Source of the DNA: Squalus acanthias
Taxonomy: Eukaryota
Assembly (NCBI GenBank): GCA_030390025.1
Contig: CM059432.1
Coordinates: 65,598,001 to 65,662,000 of the forward strand
Reading direction: 5' to 3'
Length of the DNA: 64,000 nucleotides
In this document: piece after piece, positions 38,146-51,312 of the stretch
Numbering within the stretch: the first letter of the stretch is position 1
Layout of the letters: every line of letters starts with the position of its first letter
The notes under the pieces: model-generated
What the model was told of the DNA's origin: nothing
Databases searched by the model: none
What the model saw: only the letters and a program-made list of their open reading frames with translations
Program-made: the position numbers and the translations under genes

Positions 38146-39088
38146 TATAGTTTATATGGACATAGTTTATATGGACTTCCAGAAGGCATTTGATAAGGTT
38201 CCACATAAGAGACTGTAAGCTAAAATTAAAGCTCACAGAATTGAAGGCAAATTATTGACCTGGTTAGCAGATTGGTTGGGTGGTAGAAGACAGAGAGCCG
38301 GGTTAATGGGTACATACTCTACTTGGAAGGAAGTGACTCGTGATGTCCCACAAAGATCTGTGCTGGGGCCTCAACTATTCACTGGATTTATTAATGACTT
38401 AGATAACACAATAGAGAGCCATATATCCAAGTTTCCTGATGTCACCAAGATTGGTGGTATAGTAAGTAGTGCAGACGGGAGCATAAAATTACAAAGGGAC
38501 ATTGATAGATTAAGTGAGTGGGCAAAACTGTGGCAGATAGATTTCAATGCAGGTAAGTGTGAGGTCATCCATTTTGGACCAAAAAAGGATAGATTAGAGT
38601 ATTATTTAAATGGCGAAGAGCTAAGAACAGAGGAGGTCCAAAGAGATTTAGGAGTCTATTTACATAGATCACTAAAATGTAATAGTCAGGCACTGACTGA
38701 AATATGGAAGGTTAAGAGGTGATTTGATTGAAGTTTTTAGGATTTTGAAAGGAATTGATAGGGTAGAGAGAAACTTTTTCCACTGGTGGAGGAGTCAAGG
38801 GGAGATAACCTTAAAATCAGAGCCAGGCCATTCAGGAGCGAAGTTAGGAAACACTTCTTCATGCAAAGGGTGGTAGAAGTGTGGAACCCTTCCCCCACAA
38901 AAAGCAATAGATGCTAGCTCAATTAATAATTTTAAATCTGAGATCAATAGATTTTGCTGGACAAAGATTTAAAAGGATATGAAGCCAGGGCGGGTTGATG
39001 GAGTTAAGATACAGATCAGCCATGATCTCATTGAATGGCGGAACAGGCTCAAGGGGCTGAATGGTCTACTCCTGTTCCCATGTTCCTA

Positions 39089-39375
39089 ACCCCCTCCAGA
39101 ACTCTCCGAGCCTCTGACTCTGCCCTTTCGTGCATCCCCTTTCAACCCACCAATATGGCTGTGCCTTCAGCGATCTAACCCACAAACTCTGGAATTCCCT
39201 TTCACTACTCCAACTCCCTCTCCTCTTTTAAAACCCTCCTTAAAATCTGTCTCTCAGCCCACCTAATATCTCCTCCTTTGGTTTGGCATCCATTTTTGAC
39301 CGATTACGCCTCTATGAAGCACCTTGGGATGTTCTTTTTAATGTTAAACGTTCTATATAAATGCAAATTGTTGTT
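39089..39375 (+). mobile_element. L2 3' end
   Basis: CTCTGGAATTCCCT...TGAAGCACCTTGGGATGTT...TATATAAATGCAAATTGTTGTT. Confidence 0.8.
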
Positions 39376-39957
39376 CCTGGTTTTAGAAGGGCAGAAACAC
39401 TGGCTACCACATCTCGGTGTACTAGAATCCAATTCTAGATCTTAACTGCAATCCACACTCTTCTTCCTCTCTGCATCCTCACTGTGTTCAAGTGAAGACT
39501 CATCACACTTTCTCACTATTCCTTTATTTGCCTTGTCGGGATGGTATGAACTTAGACTTCTTGGCATTCAAGGGGGTTTGTTTTACCGATTTTTGGTTTT
39601 TATCAAATTCAGTGTTTTTTGGTGATTTAGTATTTTTAATTGAAATAGTTAAAATTTGCATAAACTCGGGATTAAAGAAATTGAGCCCAGAAAAGTAAAG
39701 TGGGTGTGATGAATGTCTTGGTCATGAGTTTCCTGGTACCAAGGTGCAGTCAGAATCTTTATACCAGAGGGACTCCTGCACAACAGCTGGTAAGAATATT
39801 ACACTGGTCCTTCTGTGATTTTCAGTATCTTCAACACTGATATCAACTTCCAAATTTGTGGATCTGAGACCTTTAGGTGTAATGTGTTTCTAAAGCATTT
39901 AAACAGGGACCTCTGGGTGTAATGTGTTTGTATAGCATGTATACAGCGATTCCCAGT

Positions 39958-40087
39958 ATCAGGGTATAACAGGATATGGAGCCAAGGCAGGTAAGAGTTA
40001 TGATACAGATCAGCCATGATCTTATTGAATGGCAGAACAGGCTCGAGGGGCTGAATGGCCTACTCCTGTTCCTATGTTCCTATGACT
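39958..40087 (+). mobile_element. CR1 3' UTR fragment
   Basis: 3' stem-loop plus CTATGTTCCTATG tail. Confidence 0.88.
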
Positions 40088-40443
40088 CAGAGAAAAACAG
40101 AAACAGATAAAGGGGGATGATTCCAGGTGGGCCCCACTTTTACTACTGAAGTAACCTGTATCCAGGGTTCATCCTAGCATTCAGTTTACTTAGTGCTAGA
40201 GAGGCTGAGGCCAAGGAAATTCCTTGGGTTGGAGTTTCCTCTACTGAAGCTGCCCTCTCCAATGTCACGGGCCATGTTTGGGACAGAAGAAGATCTGGCC
40301 CCAGTGGAAATTTGAGACTTGGGCTGGAACCTAGCATATCCAAGTCCCAGATGATTTTTCAATCCTCCACTGCACTCCCAAGGTCCACAGATTATTGTGG
40401 CCTGATTGGTTCCTGGAAAATAAGTAAACTTGATGAAATAGAA

Positions 40444-41008
40444 CCTTAGTTAGACCACACTTAGAGTACCATGTACAATTCTAGTCTCCATATTACAAAA
40501 AGAATATAGAGGCACTAGAGATGGTGCAAAAAAGATTTACAAAGAGGATACCAGAACTGAGAGGTTATAATTATCAGGAAAGACTGAACCGGCTGGGGTT
40601 CTTTTTTCTAGAAAAGAGAAGGCGGAGGGGTGACCTAACAGAGGTCTTTAAAATTATGAAGGGGTTTGATAGGGTAGACGTAGAGAAGATGTTTACACTT
40701 GTGGGAGAGTCCAAAACTAGGGGCCATAAATATAAGATGTCACTAATAAATCCAATGAAGAATTCAGGAGAAACTTCTTTATCTAGAGAGTGGTTAGGAT
40801 GTGGAACCTACTACCACATTGAGTAGTTGAGGCAATTAGCATAGACGCCTTAAGGGAAAGCTAGATAAGTACATGAGGGAGAAAGGAATAAAAGGATATG
40901 CAGAAAGGGTTAGATGAAGTAGGGCGAGAGGAGGCTCGTGTGGAGCATAAACATCAGCACAGACTAGTTGGGCCGAATGGCCTGTTTCTGTGCTGTAAAT
41001 TCTATATA
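40444..41008 (+). mobile_element. CR1 3' fragment (family of 8399-9650)
   Basis: VQKRFTKRIPEL...RRRGDLTEVFKIMKGFDRVD. Confidence 0.93.
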
Positions 41009-41893
41009 AAAACAATCAGAAGTCACTTGCTTCCCTGTCTCTTGGCAGATCTTTTATAAACTTCTTTCTAAATTCTTTCAGTGGAGATGTGCACACACAG
41101 CTGAGAACCACCCTCTTGAAACAGTATAATCTCTGACTCACTGTAAATAATGCCACAGGAGATCTGCTAATAATGAAATAAAAGTCTTAAGTCTAGTGCA
41201 CATCCATGAAACATCAGATGTCACACACCAGACAACAAACACCCTTTTGTTACACATGCAAAGCAATCTTGAGCCTCTGATTTATAAGCAGATTACAAGT
41301 AACTACAATTACCTGACTTTGCTTATTTAAAACAATAGTCTTAAACGCACAGGCCAAGTTAGCGGTTAATCACCACAAGTCATGGTCCATATCCGAGACT
41401 GTCATGGGAGGTCCACTAGTGCTTGGTATGTTCTCAAGTTCTTTCATCCCTATGGTGTCAATCCTGAATTTGAATTTTCTACTGATAGAAAATACTAATA
41501 CTCCTGTCCACAGCAAACCCATCCCATCAGAAGGTGTAATAAATGTTCTAGTGATGCTTGCTGCTATGACTCTCAGTTGCCATTGAGACAGGTCTGTATC
41601 AATTACAGATCTGAGCAGTGCAGTACAACAGTGTAATAAAACTTGATCATAACAGTAAATGACCTTTCAACTCCAAAAGACAGACTCTTCCTTAGTTCTT
41701 CAAGCTCAAATATCTGCTGCATTCCTCGGAGTAAATGTAATTTAAAAACACCACAGTGGATGTCAGTTGACTAGAAAAAGTGTTCTTTGTTCTGTTAAAT
41801 AATATGTAAAGTGTTTATTGATATGATTGAGAACTCAGTGAGGTCTTAGCTGTGACCATGGTTATCAACATTGACATGGTACTTTAACATGAT

Positions 41894-42100
41894 TACAACA
41901 ATAACTTGCATTTATATGGCACATTTAACATGGAAAAAAAAGTCCCAATGTATTTCACAGAGGTGCAATCAGTAAATAATGGATGCTGAGCTAAAGGAGG
42001 AGATATTAAGAGGGGTGATCAAAAGCTTGATCAAAGTGATGAGTTTTTAGGAGGGTCTTAAAGAAGGAGACGGAGGTGGAGAGGGAGTGGGGTTTGGGGG
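41894..42100 (-). mobile_element. L2 3' end
   Basis: Reverse complement of the 39200-39375-type tail. Confidence 0.8.
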
Positions 42101-42142
42101 AGGGCTCGTGGATTATAAGGCAGCAGCATTTTATTTGGAAAT

Positions 42143-42850
42143 ATGTCTGCAAGCAGTTCAGCAGGGCAAAGACCATCCCATTTCTCCAATGGGGTGATTG
42201 AAATTCTGATGGAGGAAGTGAGGTACAGTGGTGAGGGGGAGTTCTCTATGGAATTGTGTGCCATAGGGCCTCTAGGCAAGCTGCCCAGTAAGAATAGCAG
42301 GAGGTGGCAGCCAGAAACAATGGCATGAGCAACTAACTGGAGACAATGTAGGAAGACTTTTGATAACCTTAGGTCAATCAATTTAAGGGAACATATACAT
42401 TCCATTAATTCAGTGCACAAAGGCACATATGACAGTTACAATTACCTACACCTCACACTGTTTTAAGTTACTCTCTATGCTTGCCATATATGCCAAATGT
42501 CAAATATAGGCTTCACTTAGCACCACCCACCTTCCCCTGGAAGTATTCCCTCACTCACATCTTCTCATGTATTCAGGCCAAAGTAATGAATCCATCTAAT
42601 GTAATTACATGATGCGAGTACATGCCATCACAGTTTGATACATATGGCACTCAGCTATCCCTGTATAACAAGACAACTGGAATCTCTCACTTCTTCTACT
42701 TTGCAGGAGTCAATGGCCCACAACAATAGAAAGAGAACATGCATAGGATGAGGACTCCCTAATGTGGAGGAAGCCTTGAGAATCCTTGGAAGAGAGGCCA
42801 TAGAAGCTGCCAAATATGGAGAAGGAGGGTTACTGGTCTCAGCTCAAGAT
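42143..42850 (+). pseudogene. Old Harbinger Myb/SANT exons 1-2
   Basis: HFSNGVIEILMEEVR...WRQCRKTFDNLR; acceptor ctactttgcag|ESMAHNNRKR at 42707. Confidence 0.7.
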
Positions 42851-45499
42851 TCACGCTAAACCATTTTCTCTTGCTCTTTCTTCTTACCCTATTCACTCAT
42901 TTACTCACCAGCAGGAGTGACATCATGCATGCAAAATCTCTGCCTAAATATGTGTAAGCATATTGTAGTAACATCCAAATAGCAGGAATATATAATTTGA
43001 CATATTTCCCATCATTTGCGCATTAGCAATACTAGGCGCTATGTTTTCCACCCCCCTTTCGGTAGGCTTTCTGATAGAGGCAAAAAGCCACCAATATAAC
43101 CAAGGAAGCTGAAGCCAAATGTAGCTCCCCAGTTGCTGCTCCAACCGAGTTTATTGTTAAATTTAAATTTTTATTAACAATAAAAGCATTGAACCAAGCA
43201 TACAAATAAATTGTGCTACAACACAATACTAATCACCATATATAAAAAAATATACTGATGCAAACTGCCAGCCTTATCCTGACCATGACTGTACCACAGT
43301 AAACTAACCAGGCAAAACATAGTAACGTGACCACTGCTGATACTGAATGTACCACCACGAATATGAAAAATAATGCAATATAGGAAAAAAGTCAAACAAG
43401 GAAGTTACATTTCTTATAACATGCTTGAACCTGATAATATAATAGTTATTCTTGTTTTGTAATGCTGCAGTCATTCATCATTCATTTGGAAAACAGATGT
43501 CTTTTTAATTCTCGGCCTTTTTCTATGAACCAAGACCAAACCATCCAATTAACACCATCTGGAAATGTGGAAAATTACTTAACTTCACTGGAATAATTAG
43601 ATCACACTTTCAACTTTTTTTTAGGATATATATTTGTATTGCTCTCCAGAGTATAACTGGCCAACTATAAAATCTCCAGTAACAGTCCCACAGATTCTCA
43701 AAGCACCAACTGTTAATGGAAAAAAATGAGCACCTGGATTTCCATAGACATTTCTTTCCACAATTTTATTCCTGATAACTCCACCCAGACTTCGGAATCC
43801 AACTCAATGCAAGGACACAAAATAGTGCAGTGATGTTGAACGCCACCATACAGACATCTCCTGTTCTTCAGAAACAAAAGAACAGAAATCAGCACCAAAT
43901 TCTGTTGTCACTACAGAGCCAAATTTACACTACACTGACAGTGGGTTCAGACTGGAATAGAATGAGATTGGCTAATGTTACAAATTGTCAGGGTTTGGGC
44001 TAGATATTCTCTCAAGTTCAGCATCAACGGTCACTCCCCTAAATTGACCTCATACCTGCTACAATCCCAAGTACGTCCTTAACTGTCAGCTATCTAGTTA
44101 AATCATAGCATGGCCCAGAGACTGTAACACAGAACCCTGATGTAAATACCAACTATTGTAATTTTGCATGTGCTGTCACGTGCGTGTATTCTGTCTTCAC
44201 AGAAGGCAGACTAAAAAGCATTTTAGGAATATGTGAATGAAGAGAATTTAGTTTTCATAGTAAAATTTAGCAATTTCTTACCACTCCTTATTCCATAAAA
44301 AATAAAAATGAATCCTTTCGAGCTAGCTAAACCCACGTTAATTGACCAAGTATTTCTCTGTGACAGACTGCACATACCCAGAATGGTATATCTGAGTGAT
44401 AGTGTTCTCTGTGTCCTGTATTGTACTTGCATACAATATGACTTTTTTTGATTTAATGAAACTACAATGGATATTCCACCAATACTGACTGAAAACAAAG
44501 GAGTCTATCTTTATTGAAGGTCAAAAATGCTTCTCAGTGATTTGACCAATTTAGCTAACTGACCTCCAGGGTCTTTCCCAGGTCCCAAAACTACATAAAT
44601 TTGCATTAAAAAATGAACTTTATGGCTGACCTGCCTGGTGTTCCCTGGGAACCATTCTATCACCATGGCATGAAGTGTTAAGAATTGTACTCAACAACTC
44701 CCATTGTTTCCTAACAGACATTCCAAATTACTGTGGCAACAGTCTGGTTTCCATGTCTTCTAGCTTTGGGAGTTAACCTCTTGTAAGCCAAATCTAATCA
44801 TAAAGCAATATCATAACATAAATTAAAACAAAATGCTCTACAGGCCCAAACAGGTCGAACTTTAAAATGCGAGATATTGAACCAGTCTGGAACTGATATG
44901 AAGGGACTAAATGAATCACTTTCATTCTGGATTGAATCCATACCAGATTTACACACAACAAAATTGCTGGTATAAACAGGGCTAAATTTAATGTAGAAGC
45001 TACCAGTTAAGAGTCATACATTTTCACCCTTGCACTTTAGCTTCATCAGTAGTTTAAAATCACCCAAAATACAATGTATTCATTTACAGTACAGCCCTAG
45101 AGCAAAAGATTTAGACACAAAATAAACACATTGATCAATTGTTTCATTCACGGGGGAAGCAATTAAGAACAGTGACATTTTGAAGATTAAAATGTAATAC
45201 ATATGTATGTTATCTTTTACAACCATCCGTTTATACAGTTATAGTGACCAGAGATAAATGATTGATTGGGAATTACCTAGGGAAATGCATGTTTATTAAC
45301 AAATCTTATATTTTAAATTGAACAAAACCAAGAAAGAAGATTTGTTTAAATGCTTTTTAACCCACTGGCTCATCAGGCCATTTTTCTTCTCTATTTCTTA
45401 AACCCAAAGTATTAGTAGTTCACTGAGTAAATCTATCACATGGTGTGACTCAGTTTGATTCTTGTTTTGTGCGGAGATGATTAATCTTAGATAGAAAGC

Positions 45500-45745
45500 A
45501 AATAAATCAGTCATGGCTCCTGCTTCTGATTGTACCTGCGGGAATGTGAGTGTAAAGGTGGATGTCAGGAGAGAACGGGATTGGGCTTGTCCATTATGCC
45601 AGCTCCCCCCGCCCCAGGTTCAACAGGCGGTCAATACTTACTGTCATGGTTCATGCATGAAGAATAGTCACTTGGGCAAGGTACCAGTGGACTGCTGGTG
45701 CCTTTGGGACCATATCCCAGCATAAGTCAGTATCTTCAGGAAAAA
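45500..45745 (+). mobile_element. Old SINE-like fragment related to 13470-13745
   Basis: Shared sequence blocks, see 13470. Confidence 0.4.
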
Positions 45746-48700
45746 AGGAGTTAAAAACAAAGGCCCCATTCCTTTCCAAAATAACAATTAATGATGAAGA
45801 GAATGAGTTAAAAGAGCAGATGTGCTTAGAAGCAGATGTTTTAAGACATAACTTTCAAGCTATTCCCTCATGTTTCCGTAAACCACCCATGTTGCTGTAG
45901 CCTCAGGCCACTCTACTTGCTCTGCGAAAAAAGATACATGATGATTTAATAGAGAGAAACGCTGTAAAGTAGAGTGAGCACAGGAGTGGATCAGGCTCAA
46001 AGGAATTCTAGCTAAGACTTTAAGGCAATGGTATTAACCAATTGCATGGGATTTCATGTGGTAAACAAAATGGTGATGGGATCTCTATGAAAAATATATT
46101 GAAGTTATAACTTTATCATCTTGAGCTGTTTAAGATTTCAAACATAGTAAAATGCTAGAAAGGTTAAAAATACAGAGTTATTGCAAATGGCTAATTGAAT
46201 AAGGGGGGCAGAATATGAGATTGTAAGTTTCTTATGGGGAAGATCCAGTCATAGGAAATATCATTTGAAGTAGTCTTTTCTTTTGTCTCCCGAAACTGAA
46301 AACTTTGAACCAATCATCAGTGTTTGCTTCAGAACATTGGGAGTGGTTATCCATTCTGGACTCCGAAAAGGAACAGCAAAATTGCTCTCTGCCTGGCCCC
46401 ATGTGCTGCCCTACCTCCTGGGCTCTAGCCATACCTCAGTAACGCAGCAGCCTGACTTTGTCGAGCTTGGTTCCAAAGGGAGCCCTGCTCATTAAAGGTG
46501 CTGCTCAATAACTGGACTGAATGACTGAGAAGGATTTAATCCTAGACTAACAGATGGGCCTCCTTCCAGACTTTTCTAACAAGGGTGTAGTATAGGAAGG
46601 TGAAGGTCTATGACAGCCTGTTTTACCCTACTGCAAGAATTCCTCTTGTTAGCGGATCACAAAGCAGCACTGACCAGAGCCAGAGGAAGCTTGTGGCCTG
46701 GCCTTCTCTAGAAAATAGATGAGAGGCCTCCTAAGAATAAACAAACATTAAAGAAATGGAAGTGTATAGAGTTCCAAAGCTAGACATAGATAAAGTAGAC
46801 ATCTATCACTGGTGCTGCAGATAATGCAGTGTCTTCACCACCGCAGTATAGTTCATTATCAATGTTCAGCCACACAAATAAATTGTTTTAATATTAATTC
46901 ACTTTTACTGAAGGCACACAATTTTTCATTAAAGTAATATAGACTGGTTAATGACATGTAAATTGGCAAAATATCATTTTATTCTGTAATAAGTTGAGTA
47001 GGGGTCTAAGTCTGGAAGATGTCAATACTAAAACCTGGAAGGTGGTGGGGTAGTGGCACTGGCTGGAATCTCCCTGTTTGGCTGCTTTAAATGACAGGAT
47101 TCAAATATCAGGGCTGCCAACTCTAACAATTATTACTTCTTCATTTATTGTTCATATGACACAAATAGGGAAGGCATGGCCCTTTTAATTCCTGGTGTTG
47201 TGCCTAGTCAATCCTTCCTAGCACTCTGGAACAATACTAGAAGTACAGTGTGAAAAGGTGCTGGAAGTATAATTATAAATATTCATCCATAAATGCAAAA
47301 GTCTGCATTCTGCTACTGAATGATAACACTATGATTAATCATTCATGAAAATAAAAATGGTGCTGATTTACCTTCTTATTTTATGTGAAAATTGAAATGG
47401 GTTCCTCTGCTTCTACATTATTCAATGTTGCAGTTTTCCAGAGTATCCATTCAGGACCATCATGACATTGCTCATTCTTTATGTTCCAAGGAACAGAGGA
47501 ATTCCTGTACTCAAAGGGTTAACAGATCTGGTTGCTACAAGATCTCTGGTTGAGCTAAAGTCAAAAGTTTTGCATAACTAATTATCAATGCAGTTTATCA
47601 TTAGTATGGTGTACAGTTTTGCTTTGATGCCCAAATTAATTTCGGGCACCCTTCTTTAACAATAGTGAACAGGAACTCTTTCATTGCTGTTGCTCCCACT
47701 GCAGCTGCCAGTGGCCAGCTTGACCTTAATAATGGGCCATCTATCTAATCTACCAGTCTCAGATAAAACCTGTACATCAGGAGTCTACGTTGGCCATAAA
47801 TTACACCCAGGTCAGCTATATGTGAAAGGTAACTATGACTGTTGTTCTACCAACAATCTTCACTTGATCTGAAGGCCTGTCAGAGATTCTTGGCTCACAC
47901 GAGAGATCTGTCTGTTCATTTCATAAAAAACTGGTAGATGTCTCATGACATTGCTCATGTTAACTCAGAGGATATGTTTTATAATGACAGGAGTATTGCA
48001 GTAAATAGTCTCATCCTGAGCTCAATTGCAGGATATTTGCTGTTTCTGAGGAAAGTTTGGGTGTAGACTGACAACTGTTTGTAAGTCTCCTACTCTCGCC
48101 TTAGGGTAGCGGCCACATTATAAAAATAAAAAGAAACTGGTAGGAAATGACTGACATTCATTTTTTTTTTTAAAAAGATACTGTTTCTTGATTGGTTGGT
48201 TCTCTCGGGTTGATTACCCAATCAGGCACCCGCAGCGAGCAATGGCATTCCCAGAGAGCATTGATCAGGAAATGTTATTCCCACAGCTCTGGGTTTTCCA
48301 TTTAGATATCACAGTCTTAGGGCCCATTATTTCCCAATGAATGCTCCCTGTGAGCACGGCTTCTTGTAGAAGAAGCTGACTGGGGAATCAACCCTTTCCC
48401 CTCTTCAGATTTGATTATTTGAATATGATAACAGTGCAACATAAAATTTATATGTGTGACATTTCTGCTGTTGTCATGGCAAGTCACAGTAAGCTATTTT
48501 ACAAGTCATTTACAGTTACTATATTTTAAATAAAAGTATATTTTGGAACTGTTTAAATGATAGGAAAAAAGGTCACAGGTGTGAACTTTGGCAATGTGGT
48601 TTTCAAGTTAATGGCTCTTTCCATTAGTGGCTTTTACAAATAGTACTTTTAACAGAACACATGACTGATGATGTTGAGGCGTCACTAAACTCTCCTTTAT

Positions 48701-48757
48701 TTATTAACCAGTAAACAATGGTCTTTGATATGGAATATAGAGCGTTTTCATTTGCAG

Positions 48758-48789
48758 ATGTCGAATAAATTTTGATACATAATACCAGA
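48758..48789 (+). other. Candidate non-coding (5' UTR) micro-exon
   Basis: ttttcatttgcag|...CAGA|gtaagt; all three frames contain stops. Confidence 0.25.
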
Positions 48790-49381
48790 GTAAGTAACTT
48801 GTTTACCCCGGATTCTCCTCAACAGCAGATTTTACCCAAAATTGCCAACTTTATGCCAAATTGTAATTCTCATAATCCTTGGGGACTTTTTGCCCGAGTT
48901 AGATATTACATTTTGGCAGAGCATTTTTCATCTGTGTCATTAGTATCCCTATACTTGATATGGAGAGCTGAATGTGTAATCCTCAATACACATGCTTTGT
49001 GTATGAATCACTTGCAAGCTGTCCACATTTCCACACTCAGTAATTTGTTAGGGCTCGGCTATGATTCCAGCTAACCTAAGATTCTTTAATATGAAGTCAC
49101 TGTGAAATATATGGGATAGAGTTTACCAGTATTCATTGCCACATTCTTCACAATTAGAAAGCCCAGCTTACAGCTGGAGATTAGCAATAATATTAACCTC
49201 CCTTTATCTGGGTTTCTCTGTCATCTAAACATGGCCCAAAGCCAAGGACATATCATCACAAACAGCAATTCTAACTAGGCCTACATGTAAAATTTCCCTC
49301 CACTGACATAATCTACATTTGTTCCCACAAGTTCAGACTAGATACTTTCCAAACTACAGCCAAAAGCTATATGGAATCATT

Positions 49382-49583
49382 GGGGGTGAAATTGCTCTTC
49401 AGCAATAATGCAAAACAGGCTATAGCGAATCGGCAGCCCTTTCTACACTCCACCCGATTTTCTTTTTTATTGAAGTCTTATAAAAGGAACTCAATGGTGC
49501 TGGGGGGTTTGGGGAACTGAGAAACTGGCTGCCGATTTTCTATCGCCCGTTTTGTTCTATTGCCAAAGACCAATTGCACCCCC
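49382..49583. mobile_element. Palindromic MITE
   Basis: GGGGGTGAAATTG / CAATTGCACCCCC; inner arms AATCGGCAGCC / GGCTGCCGATT. Confidence 0.85.
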
Positions 49584-49586
49584 AAT

Positions 49587-49743
49587 GGGGTTAATTTTCA
49601 CTTTTTCCACTGGGCAGTAAACGGGCACTAGTTGATCGATCACCCATTTTGCACCCGCCCATTGAAGTCAATGGAAACAGAAACGGGCTCCCGATACGCT
49701 ACCACCTGTTTCATGCTCGGCAATAAAAGTGAAAGTTCAACCC
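49587..49743. mobile_element. Palindromic MITE abutting the previous one
   Basis: GGGGTTAATTTTCACTTTT / AAAAGTGAAAGTTCAACCC; core CCATTGAAGTCAATGG. Confidence 0.8.
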
Positions 49744-49910
49744 ATTGAGTCCAATACATACCTTTCAACGAGCTCCACCTCACTTAGAGTGATAAGTTAG
49801 GCCACTCAAAAGAACTAGAGCACATTTTGCAAAGTGCAAACATGTTATTTTGTGTAAAAAGTTATAACCCTGTAATTTTACCTTAAATCGCAGTAACTAT
49901 CACTTTGCAG

Positions 49911-50001
49911 GGTCCTGTCTTGGCTTGTAATAAGAAGTACATTGTTTTCACTTTAAATTACTATAATTATGTCATCCAATACACAGACTCTTGCTGTACA
50001 G
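49911..50001 (+). other. Candidate exon, possibly a first coding exon (MSSNTQTLAVQ, phase 0)
   Basis: cactttgcag| ... CAG|gtaagt consensus donor; ATG at 49969 with A at -3; frame 0 is also open throughout. Confidence 0.35.
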
Positions 50002-51312
50002 GTAAGTACTGTATAGTTGGTTGCGGAAAAGGGCATTTTGGTTTTATGTCTCTGAGTATTACTGTTCTGGATGAGAATGCTTAGATCATCGTTAAAGATG
50101 ACACAATACTGGGAGATGGGAATTGTTTTCTACTTGTATTGAAGAATCTTTTGGTTTAAATGCTGGGACGTATTCATAGCTTTCATGCTGGGAAGTGTTT
50201 CCATTATCTTAAACTTTAATAAGAGTTACTGCCCTCAAAAAAGAAAATAATCTTATGAACAATGCAAGTGCAAAGAAAATATTTAATTGAGGCACCTTAA
50301 AAAACGTGCTTTGCGTGAATATTCACAGACAGTCACAGAATAGCTTAAAGTCAATCGATTGTCCATGTTTTCTTTTTAAAAGTAAACTACATGCCAAATC
50401 ACTGATTACCATCTGAGGTTTTGCCAATGATGACCGATAGGATTTACCCTTTAGCTTGGAAATAAGAGAAGAGCTGGGCATCCTTTAAACTTACTAAAAT
50501 AACAAGAGAATTCTGTATGAAAATCAGTTCATTAGCCGCTCAGCAACCCCAGGCTGATCTGTTGGTGAGCACAAAGAGCTGTTGTATTATATGATTTGTC
50601 TATTTCATCTACACAAATAGTCATGGATGAATTTCCCCTTTTACAATCTTTGACGTTATATTGAAATGAGTTCTTTCCCCTGAGAAACCATGGGTTCGAA
50701 GAATACTGTCCTCATGCTTCTGGTATCAGGGTTTATATTCAACTCAAGCAGATGGAATGAAAATTTTGGGCTCTCAAAGGATCTACTTAGAATCCTAAAA
50801 TCTTGATTCTACTATGGTTATAAATTTGCATTTGTTGTGAATTGTCAGTTCCAATATGCAAATACTGGACAGTTATTTACTCTTCAATTTGAAGTAAAAG
50901 CACATTTCTCTGGGAAGTAGACTTTAGCTTCGCTGCAAAGATGACAATTCACATCAGGAAGATGCAGATGTCAAAAGCATTTCTCCTGTCGCATCTTGTG
51001 GCAAGTAAACACTTAACAGTCATGCTGTGAGCTGCTAATTTAGCATCACCAGTGGATAAACTAATTGAAGGCACAGATAAGAATAAACACTGGGAGACTA
51101 CATGCAGTCTAAAGTGAATTGATTGAAAACTTACAGTTTTAAGTGTAGCATCCGTGAAATTAATTTGGACAGACTCAGTTCACTGTAAACCCACCTGCCA
51201 ATTTTCCAGAAAGTATGCATCCACCGCACGACAACCCTCCCTCCTCCCATTAGTAATTCTCAAATTGCGGAAGAGGAGTGGACATAGAGTTAAAAAGTCA
51301 AAACATCTTTGT

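Larger units (their letters stand above)
37836..39088 (+). mobile_element. CR1 RT and 3' end, degenerate, carrying the Penelope insert
   Basis: QHG...MDIVYM, insert, MDFQKAFDKVPH...VLGPQLF; 3' stem-loop at ~39039-39078. Confidence 0.92.

Noticed and set aside
43032..43400. Hydrophobic membrane-protein-like translation on the minus strand
   Set aside because: Explained by T-richness; frames are broken and there are no convincing splice sites.
47372..47554. Minus-strand exon (tttag ... AAG|gtaaat)
   Set aside because: All three frames contain stops and no partner exon was found.
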